Shown here piece by piece: positions 1-16,745 of a stretch of 64,000 bases of DNA. A model generated the notes under the pieces. The model was not told the origin of the DNA. It did not search any database and was given only the letters and a program-made list of their open reading frames with translations. Position 1 is the first letter of the stretch. Each line of letters opens with the position of its first letter. The translations under genes and the position numbers were made by a program. Origin of the DNA: Zygnema circumcarinatum SAG 698-1b (taxonomy: Eukaryota > Plantae > Zygnematophyceae); assembly GCA_037447605.1 (NCBI GenBank), contig CM074807.1, forward strand, positions 248,001 through 312,000, read 5' to 3'.

Positions 1-369
1 GTGAACTGTGTTTTTGCCTATAATTCTTTATTTCTACTCTCCTCCCCTCCCCAGGCAGAAGAAGAAGCCTTTCAGTTTTAGAACTGCATGCAGAAGGATA
101 CATGCAGTTTTTTTTTTTTTTTTTTTGGTATTGAGTTCATTGGTTTCACATTCGCTGTGAATTTCCGTAAGTTTCCAGGAGGGTCAGTAGGTAGGACAAC
201 AGGTAGACCTTCTGCATTGCCAGGCTAAACTAGCGACACTCTTGTGAATTGTAATAGATGTAAAATCAAACATGAAAGAAATTATTCACGCCATTCACGA
301 GAGCGAAGTTTTCGGGGTCTGATGATAGTTTGGGATTTTTTCAGGGCTTTTGGCTTGACAGAATCACCA

Positions 370-570
370 TTCATTCATGGCTGTGTTCATGGACGAGGTC
401 ATAGTCATAGTCAAGGTCATGGTCATGGCTTCACTTATGAAACAAAATAATTTAAATTTCCTGTTTCACAGTACCCAAAAAGTTCACTTTCACAAAAACT
501 AAAGCACTAAGAGAAGACTAGTGCTCTGGCATAGCCTATCCTCATATAGTGAACCTCTACCTTCTTTTTG
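370..570 (+). repeat. Dispersed ~200-bp repeat; second copy inverted at 62760-62995
   Basis: TCATTCATG...GAGGTCATAGTCA..GGTCATGGCTTCACTTATG...AAGTTCACTTTCACAAAAA...AGAGAAGACTAGTGCT.TGGC...CCTCAT.TAGTGAAC aligns by eye with the reverse complement of 62760-62995. Confidence 0.8.
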
Positions 571-826
571 ATCGGCGTAAATCAAAGGAGAAGATTCAAG
601 TTCACCCTCAGAGCTACGTTAGTGAGTTTTTCCTTATTCTGTTTGAGAAGGTTTCGGAAGCCTCCTTTCCTCCATTCCCTCTCCTTCCCCAAGAAAGGTC
701 TTCGCTTTTTGCCCTCGTCAAACCTTCTCCGAAAAGAAGGATTCAGAATGCTCGACGATCTCCCTCCGGGGTGCAGCTCCTAAAAACCACTGGGAAACAC
801 TCCTTATTTCAGAAACCTTTAGACGC

Positions 827-3800
827 TCAAGCAGCAGCCAGAACCACGGGACCTGCATGGCACCATCTCCGTTGAGGGTCAGTTTTTAAAAAAATAATTG
901 ATTCATTCCTGACACCAGAGAAAGACTGAACTGTAGACATTCATTCCTTGGAAAAAAAGGCACTGGGTGGACTGCTCACGTCCTCCTGCTCCTAAAGTAT
1001 CATAAAAGCAAAGCACATGTCTAAGTAGAAAAGTACTCCCTCTCCCTCTCCCTCTCCCTCTCCCTCTCCCTCTCCCNNNNNNNNNNCTCTCCCTCTCCCT
1101 CTCTCTCTCCCTCTCTCTCTCCCTCTCTCTCCCTCTCTCCCTCTCCCTCTCCCTCTCCCTCTCCCTCTCCCTCTGAATGCTGATCAGTCTTCACATTTGA
1201 AGGTATGTCAAATGCCACATACCACATGCAATGCGGGTGCCCGAATTGCCAGTTGTGAGGCTGAGGGGAACGCCGCCTGTAGAAGCGGCCACAGCGACAT
1301 AATAAGTACTGCTTTCAAGAGGAGGACACGTCATCACATGCCATCAATTATCAGAGAAAGAAACTTTCCCAACTCCTTTAACAAACAACAGCAAGGAGGG
1401 GGCCCTGAAAGTCTCCGGTCACCCCCCCTCACCCTTTCCAAGATCATCCTCCATTGAGTGAACGACAATTCCGCGGCCCAATATGGAGTAGGCCCCCGTC
1501 AAAGAGACCTGAAGAGAAAGAAAGAAGAACAAGGAAGGGCCGTCAACACCGGAGTCTTCAAAAAGATTCATAACGATATTCCAATATTTTTCTAGAAGTA
1601 CTGAAGGTTGAACCAAAGAGAGAGCATAAAAATGCAGCTTTTGATGAGTGATTAAAATTGAATGAAAAACTAGGTAATCTCAGAACTTTAAAATCGTATA
1701 AAAAAAGGTCGCTAGGATAGAACGGACCTGCGAATCCATTATTACTGCCGACACCACACCTGCGAAAATTCGCCCAAAAAATTCAACATGTTAGAAGAAA
1801 AGATGTCATTCCAGTCAACGACTGACAGACCAACTAACAGCGCTGCTTCCTCATATACCCATTGACAGTGCCACCACCCGACAAAGGAGTTTCTAAGAAC
1901 CGGCATTCAGGTTTTTCTCATCTTTAATTCGGCATTCCCTTTGCCAAATGATAAACAAAGCAGTAACCAAGAAGCATATTATAAGCATATCATTATTGGT
2001 TTATTGGTTTATTGGTTTTATTGGTTTTATTGGTTTTATTGGTTTATTAATAAACCAAATGGTTTATTAATAAAACATTTGGTTTAAACCAATTGATTTA
2101 GTAATAAACCAAAGGCCTTAAGAAGAGTTTAAGAATGCTAAAGCTACAAAGCGCACCATTCGAGTCGGCCTCCACGTTGCCCAAGTCTCCCGCGTGGCGG
2201 ACTGTGTCCATGGGCCCTCCGTGAGTGAGTCCAAACGGGTTATAGTGCGGCCCTGCAAGAAAGGCGCAAAGTTCGGACTGTCAGCCAAACCGTAATGTGC
2301 GCGTTCCACATTCTTACTGCCTCCTTGCTGTCCCTCTTATTGCTTCGGTAGCTCCCTTCCCAACTTCCACCCCCTTTCCTTCCACCCCCCAACCGTCTCC
2401 ACTCCCCTCCACCTCTCCCCCCTACTTCCCCCCCTTTCCCCTCTCCACTCCTCTCCCCACTCCCTCTCCCCCTCTCCCCCATCCCTCTCCCCCTCTCCCC
2501 CCTCTCACTCCTCCCCCCACTCCCTCTGCCCTCCCCTCCTTCGTCCTCTCCCGTTCTTTGTTCTCTCCCCTCCTCGCCCCCTCTCCCCACCCCTCCCGTC
2601 TCCCCATCTCCCCCACCCCCACTCCCTCTCCCGTCCTTTCCCCTTCCCCCTCCTCTCCCCTCCCCTTCTCCGTCTCCCTCCTTCCCCGGCCCCCCCCCCG
2701 CTTCCCCCCACTCTCCTCCCCACTCTTCACTCCCCCTCTCACTTCCCACTCCCCCCCCTCTCCCGTCCCCCCTTCAACCCGTCCCCTCTCCTCCTCTCCC
2801 CTCCCCTCCCCTCCCCCTTCCCCCCTCCACTCACCTGCGGAGATGCAGCCGTTGCTGTAGACATCGCCGTACGTGTGCTGCGCCGAAACATTACAAAAAC
2901 AAATATAAATAAAATGAAAACATAACCATACGAATACATAAGCCATATAAAAAAGCTAGCAGATCACGGGTTCATCGAAAAAAAAAAAACAGTGAATTAA
3001 AAAAAAAAACCAAGGCAAGGCGTACTGCAATCTATGAACCCTAATTCTGCATGCGCGACAGCATCCTGAACTCTGAGGAAGAACGGAATCTTGAACTGAC
3101 CACATGGAACCCGTGCTTCCCCGCACTCAGTCCCCCGATCCATATTGTCAAAGTCGTCGGCCCTGCGGTCGAACGACACGTGTCAGTTCACTCGCTGTTC
3201 CGTTCCCGTCCAACTATGGCTCAAACAGAAAGATAAATGTAACTGGAACTGGAACAGAACGGCGATTTTGACATAACCCACCGTCGCCGGTCTGCTCGAG
3301 CGTCACGTTTCCTTCCGCACCCGCCGTCCCCTTCAGTACGGCCACGGCCTTGACCTGCGCCCGGAGGACCCGAATACAGCCAAAGGTCAGATTTTAAAGA
3401 TCGGACCTTCATTTAAAATCTATGATCAGATCATGCGAATCTCGAAAAAAAAATCGCGAGATCTAAAACATCTCCAGATTCTAGTTTGTCAATGGACCAA
3501 GGAGTGATGGGAAAAAAAAAAGATTCTGATCTCATTCTTGGGATCTGAAAGTTAACCGTCGAATCTCGAAGCATCAAAATCGTTCACTTCAAGAAGTCAA
3601 CGTTCCTCCAAACTTGCATTTTGCAAGTGCGGGTGTTTACTGCTTAACAACCAAGGACGTCCGTACAGAATGACAGTACACCACCGCGTCAGCTCGCACG
3701 TGTAAAACCCGTACACTATCGTACGCTCGGAGGTCCTCTGTCTGACTGTACGGATGACCCAAAGCCAGTTTAACGCTAAAGCGGTACCTTCAGTGCGGGA

Positions 3801-4418
3801 GGAGGTGGAGGCGACGGAGGTGGAGAAGGAAACGCCGCTGCAGAAAGTCATCCAGCCCGTCCTACATTAGTTCGTTACTTAATTACAAATTGCCACCGAG
3901 CTCTTTCATACAGCACCAACAAACCCAAATTTCGATTAAAAAATGAATTGACAATGTAGCCACAAGGTAGCAGCAGCAATGCAGTCCAATTGCGAAGGCC
4001 CCATCCCATTACCCGGCTTGAAGTAGCTCGTGGTTCCGATCTTGGCCACAGTGACCCCCCCAAAGGTGGCCTTGAAGTAGCACTTCCCCTTGGCGTTCCG
4101 CGTGAAGAGGAGACACAAGTCGTCCGCCCAGCACGCCACGGCGCAGGTCGCCACCGAGCCGTACGCCGCGGAGTAGTACCGCCCCGGCGCGTCCGTCTCC
4201 AACCTGACTTCGAACCCTGCAGCGCGCACAGCCCCCCTGGTCAGAAACTGAGCAGCAGACAGACAGACAGCCGCCATATCCTCCGGGCCCTTCTAGCGGG
4301 GACTCTACGAAGCCTCACCAGTAAGAGTGGGGTCCGACGTGGCTGCTGACACACGCGCCACGTGGCAGGTTCCCACGACTACCGCGATGGTAAGAAAGAG
4401 GGCCCGTGCAGCCGCCAT
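827..4418 (-). CDS. Secreted Cu/Zn superoxide dismutase with N-terminal signal peptide, PAN/Apple domain and Ser-Pro linker (~271 aa, 11 exons)
   Basis: Phase-consistent GT-AG exons: 4418-4319 ([25 protein letters not shown], signal peptide-like), 4216-4013 ([46 protein letters not shown]-like 4-Cys), 3837-3788 ([16 protein letters not shown]), 3354-3282 (VKAVAVLKG), 3162-3101 (KHGFHV), 2877-2835 (HTYGD..GC), 2252-2157 ([18 protein letters not shown]), 1759-1728, 1508-1433 (GRGIVVH..DDLGKG), 1276-1223 ([10 protein letters not shown]), 852-827 (stop). All Cu/Zn ligands, the disulfide Cys pair and the catalytic Arg are present. Confidence 0.9.
1037..1172. repeat. (CTCTCC)n microsatellite in the last SOD intron, containing a 10-N assembly gap (1077-1086)
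   Basis: Direct reading of the tandem CTCTCC units and the n run. Confidence 0.95.
2350..2832. repeat. C/T-rich low-complexity tract in a SOD intron
   Basis: ~480 bp almost entirely C and T; it generates the spurious G/E/R- and P/S-rich ORFs in the track. Confidence 0.9.
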
Positions 4419-4683
4419 GGCGCTCCTGTGCCTTCTCCGTCTCTTCCTTCTCCTTCTCCTATTTCTCCTCCTCTCTCCGCTTCGCTCCTCCCCCACTCCC
4501 TCCCCTGTCTTAAGAAATGGAGGCGGAGAGGCGCGAACGGGTTGCCGGAAACCACGGTGAGTCACGTCACGGGAAGCTGCCACGTCGGACGCTGAAAATA
4601 TTCCTCGGACGCGTCATCCGTCGTGGATTCGTCTCCTGCCTTGTAGAATTTTCCAAGCGTCAGCCCAACGAATAACGAATCGT

Positions 4684-5182
4684 CACGTGTCATATTTGAT
4701 CGGCCTCGCGGTACATGATTGGTGGACAGATTCGTGAAACTTTTCACGAAGCGCCGATAAAACTGTTTTTTTTTGCCTGCCCAAAGTCCAGCTCGGGGGG
4801 ACCTCGCCGTCGCGTTTTGTCGCCGAAGGAAGACGGCACTAGGCGGCCACGTGCCGCTGGACGGCCGGGTACGACAAAAAAATACGGCAACGGTTGTCAG
4901 TAGTCAGTGAACGACCGCGATGTTGCCACGTGGCAAACCGTGCCGGAGGCAGGCCCGGCGACGCCGATCGTGCGGATGCCACGCGCTGAGGACACATGTG
5001 CGCAGTTCCGTGGCCCCGAACGGTCTTGAATTTGGAAGCTTGCGAGTCTTGACCGCCGTCCGTACGGGTCGTTAGCAAGCGCCATCCGTACGTATTTGTA
5101 TTGGAGCCACGTGGGGCTTTGGCTGTAGACCACGTGGCACCTTCCGACGTGGCACTAGCCGATGTGGCACCATCCGACGTGG
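4684..5182. promoter_or_regulatory. G-box/ABRE-like motif cluster upstream of the secreted SOD
   Basis: CACGTG at 4684, 4848, 4927, 5108 and 5131; further GACGTGG at 5146 and 5176. ACGTGGC is the ABRE core. Confidence 0.45.
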
Positions 5183-5218
5183 ATGCAATCCAACCATTGC
5201 CAATGACTGCAACCCTTG

Positions 5219-5392
5219 GACCACCTCGCTGAGCCTAACCAAGTCATTTGTATGGTCAGAATCTTTACGCGGGTTGCTAGTAGGGAGAGCACATCTGCTT
5301 CCCAATCGACATTCATGATCGATCTCAAGCAGATGTCGGCCATGCTCCGCCATGCAACTTCTCGTTCACTTTGTATTGTGGATGAATTCGGT
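5219..5392 (+). pseudogene. Isolated copy of one MSH5 exon plus its upstream intron (source 46383-46570, inverted)
   Basis: Near-identical to the reverse complement of 46383-46570 (2 substitutions, 13-bp deletion between TTTGTATG direct repeats). Encodes [45 protein letters not shown]. No other MSH5 exons nearby. Confidence 0.92.
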
Positions 5393-6260
5393 GGCGAGTT
5401 CCTCACGTAAGCGCAACCGTGGCATCCCTCTTTCGTTTTTTTCAATCTTATTAATTTTCAGCGCTGAAGTTCATCATAGCGATGCACCCAATTGACACAC
5501 ATGAAAGGTCAGTTAAAATAAAGTAAACTGCATTTGTAGAATGTGTTGAAGCGAGAGGGAACGTGGATGCATGCATGCATGGGATACATCTCATGGCAGT
5601 TGCATTAACATACATAGGTGAGCCTGCGACCACCACCAGCCTCCAATGCTTTGCCTCTCATCTCATTACTTAATGGACCATTGAGTTAAAGAATTAAGAG
5701 CTACTCCAGCTGTGGCTAGCGCCTGACTTGACCAACCTGATCTCCCCGCACCCACTCGTTCGTTTCCCACTTCACCCTCAATCAACCTCTGCTCCATGCA
5801 ACTCGCCGCTAGATCGATCCAGAACGCAACCACGGAAAGGTAAATTGGAGAGGACGAGCTAGGGAAGAGGGAGAAATGGGGTCAGAAATGATTTGACCAC
5901 CTTCACACCTGAGCAACCTGACTAAACTATGTTGAAGCTCAGCTTGACAGACCTGACTAATACAACCTAAAATGAGACATCTCTTTGTACAGGTTTTCCT
6001 CCAGAATCACATGTCTCCACCTTATTATTTGCACATTCAAAACGAATCAAGTCTAAGACAGGGACTTGGGAATCCCTAAGTAAGAAAAAATATATGTAAT
6101 ACCGATTTTGGGACAGAGGGATGGTTTGAAAAACCACCATCCTTCCGCGTCCCCCCTGGCCTCCCATGGCGTACCATGCCAAACACCATTCTACCATGCT
6201 ACGCCGTATTTTCCTCATCACGACATTCCCCCCCCTCATGACATTACAGGATGTGACAGG

Positions 6261-6296
6261 CCATGCCATGCCATGCCATGCCATGCCATGCCATGC
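6261..6296. repeat. (GCCAT)n pentanucleotide repeat just 3' of the PTA stop codon
   Basis: GGCCATGCCATGCCATGCCATGCCATGCCATGCCATG read directly. Confidence 0.9.
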
Positions 6297-6308
6297 ACAT
6301 CCGTCCCC

Positions 6309-12194
<5,886 letters not shown>

Positions 12195-13704
12195 TGCAGC
12201 TGCAACAAGTCTCACTAAAAATAAGGCGCCTCCTTAATAAACAGCCAGAGGAGGGGTGTCCTGGAGTAGAGCAAGAATCTGCTTGCAGAAGAAAGGTGCG
12301 CGGAGACAGGGTATATTGATCAGTAGATTATTCAGCACGAACAATAAAGCAAGATATTTCTTGATCAGAATAAGTGTCAAGAGGCCACCAAGGGCAGTGC
12401 TGCTCTTCCTCATTTATAAACTGAGAGTGCAGATCGTCCAGGAGCCTGCTGAGGCCAAACATTTTGGAAGGACGCAATTTTATCCGAAATTTCAGCAGGA
12501 TGTTTCGGTCTGCCCGAGTTTGCTGTTCTTCCAATGACACCGTAAAGAAAAATCTTTCATTCACTACAATTGGATAAGCAAGATAGGCGCACAATAGAAG
12601 AAAACCTTTTCTGTCTCGACAATGACCGTCGCTATTCTATTTACTTTTCTGGTCCTCAAGTAAAAGTACCGAATTTGCCAGCACGACAAGAGCCGCGCTG
12701 TCGCGTCAGCAAGGCCTGCCACGCTGGCGTGCCGTCGTCCCAGCCTGGAAACTTTTTTTTTACTGACCGGACTCCATAACACCCAATCATCAAGCGCCAG
12801 AGTCAGAAACGGTGTTAAATTTGTTTCAGAACGCCAAACAATGTCCCTGATTGGTGGATAGGCCTGACCGTAGTCTCAAAAAATTCCCTGTGACCGTACG
12901 GACCGTGAGATTACCGCACGAGCGAAGAGGATCTTTCCTGATAGTGTGACACGTGGCAGAATATCATTGGGGATAATGCTGAGTCAACATTTCCAGCAGT
13001 CCCTGCTGGCAGGCTTGACCAAAGTTTCAAGTTTGTTCCAAAAAACTGGAAACTGCAAACTGTCGTTGGAAGAGAGACCAGGCTTCGGAGGGCTTGCACT
13101 GCAGGCAGGGCTCCTCGCCTCTTGAAAGCAGCGCTCTGCGTCTTGGACGGCGGAGGGGCGAGAAGGGGAGCGGGAACTGATATACATTTTTTACGACCGC
13201 AGGTTCAATACTTCATCTTGCAGGTGAAATTCAAAGAAATTAAAGAAATCGTTTTTTCTTTTTTTTCTTTTGGAGGGTTTTTTTTTTTTTTTTTCTATAT
13301 TGTACGTTTCTTTCCAGTCGTTGTTAGGTTGAGAGAATTTCAGCGAGAGGCTAATATTGCTCGTTGGAACGCAAATTTTGAAAACAGGTCAATGCGCTGA
13401 TAGGTCGGTCCCCTTTGTTGCTATTGTAATAAGGCCATTCTCCTTCAAACTTTGAAGATTTACAGTGCTCAAACTTTTCAATGCACGAAATATTTGCCTG
13501 TAACCTGACGAGCTCTTTTATGTTCACATGATGTCCGTTACCCTTGTTTCTTTTTCTTGTCGTAGTAATATAGGACAAGACAAGACAAGACAAGACAAGA
13601 CCTTTTTTTGTGAGCAGGGAACCACTCAGGATTCAAGCCGCAGCACCTGGTTTGCTGACATATTTTTATTAAAAAATTCTACGTTCGGCAGCCGTTCAGG
13701 AAAG
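12195..13704. promoter_or_regulatory. Divergent (putative bidirectional) promoter/leader region between PTA and ACK
   Basis: 1.5 kb separates the two ATGs pointing away from each other. It contains GATTGG (CCAAT reversed) at ~12850, CCGTACGG at ~12894 and ACACGTGGC at ~12950. Confidence 0.6.
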
Positions 13705-16700
13705 ATGGGCCGCTCGGTTTTGGTCCTGAATGCAGGAAGCTCCTCTCTTAAGTGAGTTTGCATATTTCTAGTTAACCTCCATAATCGGAGCAGGAAATTC
13801 CTGGGGCAGTCCAATTTGACATGACATGCCTTGCTTGGTTACACTTTTTCATTTACTTCTTTGATAAGCATGCGATGGCAAGAGAGCCTGTCGTATTCAT
13901 GCTGCTCATGTTGAGAATGAGTATTTTCGTCTGGTCTGTTGGATGGTCGGTTTGAGTTTCTAACAAAAAAATGATGAGGAGAACTCATTAACAAGCGAGG
14001 CCTTTTGCATTGTCAGAAAAACCATTCCCGTGTTTTAGCGCATCAGCCAAGAAAGTAGATTTTGAGAGACTCTGTTCTATGGCGATCCTTCCTCTGTAGG
14101 ATGTGAAGTCTCACGAGTGCTTAGATTTTTTGCCTTTAATGAACGCAGTAGACTCATAGTTTATGTTTTGTGTTTCTCATACAAACAAAGTAAGGCTAAA
14201 AGAATGGGCTGGCTTGGATGGTCGGTGCAGGTATGCCTTATACAGCATTGGGCAACAGATGAAGCTTTCAGTTCAAGGTCTTGTGGAGCAGATCGGATCT
14301 CCAAGCAGCACTATCAAGCATACAGTCATCAATGGGGGCAAGAATACGATCACAGAGGTTAGCCTCCAAAGACTGAAAGTTGATAAAGCTGGTTCGTTTG
14401 ACTTCGTGCAACAACCAACGTAATAAAGCAGACTCAATGCGATTGATTTTCATCATAAGGCAGACTTGCATTATCTTCATTTTCGCACGTGTAGCAGTCC
14501 TGGTCAAACTTGCTTTGCCGTATTTGTTGATGCATTGATTAGTTCTAACCGAGTTTACGCATTGCCCAGATACTGAAGCGTAGCTCTTAGAATGGAGTAC
14601 CGATTGCATGTGTTGCTGTCTGCTTGTCGAAGAGAGGGAGAGGGAGAGGGAGAGTGAGAGGGAGAGGGAGAGGGAGAGGGAGTGGGAGAGGGAGAGAGGG
14701 AGAGGGAGAGGGAGAGGGAGAGGGAGAGGGAGAGGGAGAGGGAGAGGGAGGAGGGAGAGGAGAGGAGAGGGAGAGGAGAGGGAGAGGAGAGGGAGAGGAG
14801 AGGGAGAGGGAGAGGAGAGAGGGAGAGGGAGAGGGAGAGGGAGAGGAGAGGAGAGGGAGAGGGAGAGGGAGAGGGAGAGGGAGAGGGAGAGGGAGAGGGA
14901 GAGGGAGAGGGAGAGGGAGGAGGGAGAGGGAGAGGGAGAGGGAGAGGGAGAGGGAGAGGGAGAGGGAGAGGGAGAGGGAGAGGGAGAGGGAGAGGGAGAG
15001 GGAGAGGGAGAGGGAGAGGGAGAGGAGAGGGAGAGGGAGAGGGAGAGAGGGAGAGGGAGGGAGAGGGAGAGGAGAGGGAGAGGGAGAGGGAGAGGGAGAG
15101 GGAGGAGGGAGAGGGAGAGGGAGAGGGAGAGGGAGAGGGAGAGGGAGAGGGAGAGGGAGAGGGAGAGGGAGAGGGAGAGGGAGGAGGAGAGGGAGAGGGA
15201 GAGGGAGAGGGAGAGGGAGAGGGAGGAGAGGGAGAGGGAGAGGGAGAGGGAGAGGGAGAACTTAAACTTGAAATGTTTTTTGTTGACAGAGCCACCAAAT
15301 CGGCGACCATAAAGCTGCTCTCCAAAAAGTGGTGGGCCTGCTCCATATGAGCAAAGAGGAATCTAAGGCCATTGCGGCGGTGGGGCATAGAGTTGTTCAC
15401 GGAGGGGAGGCCGTGGACAGGCCCGTTCTCATCACAGAAGATCTCAAGAAAGCGGTGGAACGTGCATCCCCTTTGGCACCCCTTCACAATCCTCCCAACT
15501 TGCAGGTAAGAAGAGAAGCAGTCAAAAGTCGTGGTTTCCAACGTTTTCTTTTCTCGATAAAATGGCCGATTTTGGTTTGATGTTAAAGTGTTAGAAGGAT
15601 CGTTTGCCCATGTTTACTTATGCAGGGAATTCGGGTTGCCGAAGAGCTGTTTTCTTGCCCGCAAGTGGCAGTGTTCGATACAGCTTTTCACTCCACCATT
15701 CCAAGGAGTGCTTTTCTCTATGGCCTGCCCTACCAGCTCTATAAAGAGCTTGGAATCCGGCGCTATGGCTTCCATGGCACAAGCTATTTGTACCTTGTGA
15801 GGGAAGCTGCCAAGTTCTTAGGGAAGCCAATAGAGGAAGTGAACCTCATATGCTTGCATCTTGGTGCCGGCGCGAGTATGGCTGCGATCAAGCAGGTACT
15901 TTCTTTGATGAGTACGTTTTCCTTTCAATGAACAACCAATACATATAAGCTTATGCAAGCGATGTTATGAGTTTTGACTTATCTGGGCTCACTCAAATCG
16001 CTAGCTTGAAGGTCTGATGGCTACTCTTGTCCGCAAATTGGCCCAGAAAATTAAATAGATGAACTCCTCCGAATTCGAATTGACACCAGTGAATGAATAA
16101 ATGCCTCGTACAGCATGTGTTTCCTTCTCCCCTTTCATTTCATGTCTCCTGTTGAAAATTTGGCAGGGAAAATGCATAGACACCACAATGGGGGTAACCC
16201 CTCTGGAGGGTCTCATCATGGCGACAAGATCAGGCGACATTGATCCCGCGATTCCCAAGATTTTGGGCGACCTGCGAGGCCTGAACCCCACTGAAGTAGA
16301 CAACCTTTTGAACAAAAAGAGTGGTCTGTTCGGCATCTGCGGCGAGAAAGATATGAAGACTATAGTGGAGAAGGCTCAGGCAGGGGAGGAGCAGTGCGAG
16401 CTCGCTCTGGACGTGTTTGTTCACAGAGTACGAAAGTATCTCGGAGCGTATTTGGTGCATTTAGAGGGAAAGGTGGATGCTATTGTTTTCAGTGCAGGTA
16501 TCGGCGAAAGATCTGCCCCAGTGAGAGGCCGAATTTGTAAGGGCTTAGATGCGTTCGGCATCGTGGTCGACCCCGTTAAGAACGAGGAGTCGCGGAAGGA
16601 CGCGAGGGCCATTCAGATGGAAGGCTCCTCGACGAAAATCCTCGTGGTTCCCACCGACGAAGAGCTCTGCATTGCGCAGCAGACAGTGGAGGTGCTGCAC

Positions 16701-16745
16701 GAGCTGGAGGAGAGGGAGAAGGCAAAGTCGGCAATGGGGGCGTAG
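13705..16745 (+). CDS. ACK: Acetate kinase (5 exons)
   Basis: Exons 13705-13751 ([16 protein letters not shown]), 14231-14357, 15290-15505 ([17 protein letters not shown]), 15626-15895 ([23 protein letters not shown]), 16167-16745 ([35 protein letters not shown]). Phases are consistent. Confidence 0.96.
14633..15258. repeat. ~625-bp (GGAGAG)n homopurine microsatellite in ACK intron 2
   Basis: Direct reading; source of the long GE/RG/RE and PS/LS ORFs in the track. Confidence 0.97.

Noticed and set aside
40-115. Possible terminal exon of a + strand gene after CCCCAG at ~54
   Set aside because: Too short; frame undeterminable without upstream sequence.
244-450. His-rich ORF (HGHSHSQGHGHG) suggestive of a metal-binding peptide beside the SOD
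   Set aside because: The His run comes from a CATGGT microsatellite, and the homologous copy at 62.9 kb has in-frame stops just before it.
2240-2946. Long G/E/R- or P/S-rich ORFs
   Set aside because: Translation of an intronic C/T low-complexity tract.
14555-15541. 200-330-aa RE/GE/PS/LS ORFs resembling extensins or SR proteins
   Set aside because: Artefacts of the (GGAGAG)n intron repeat.
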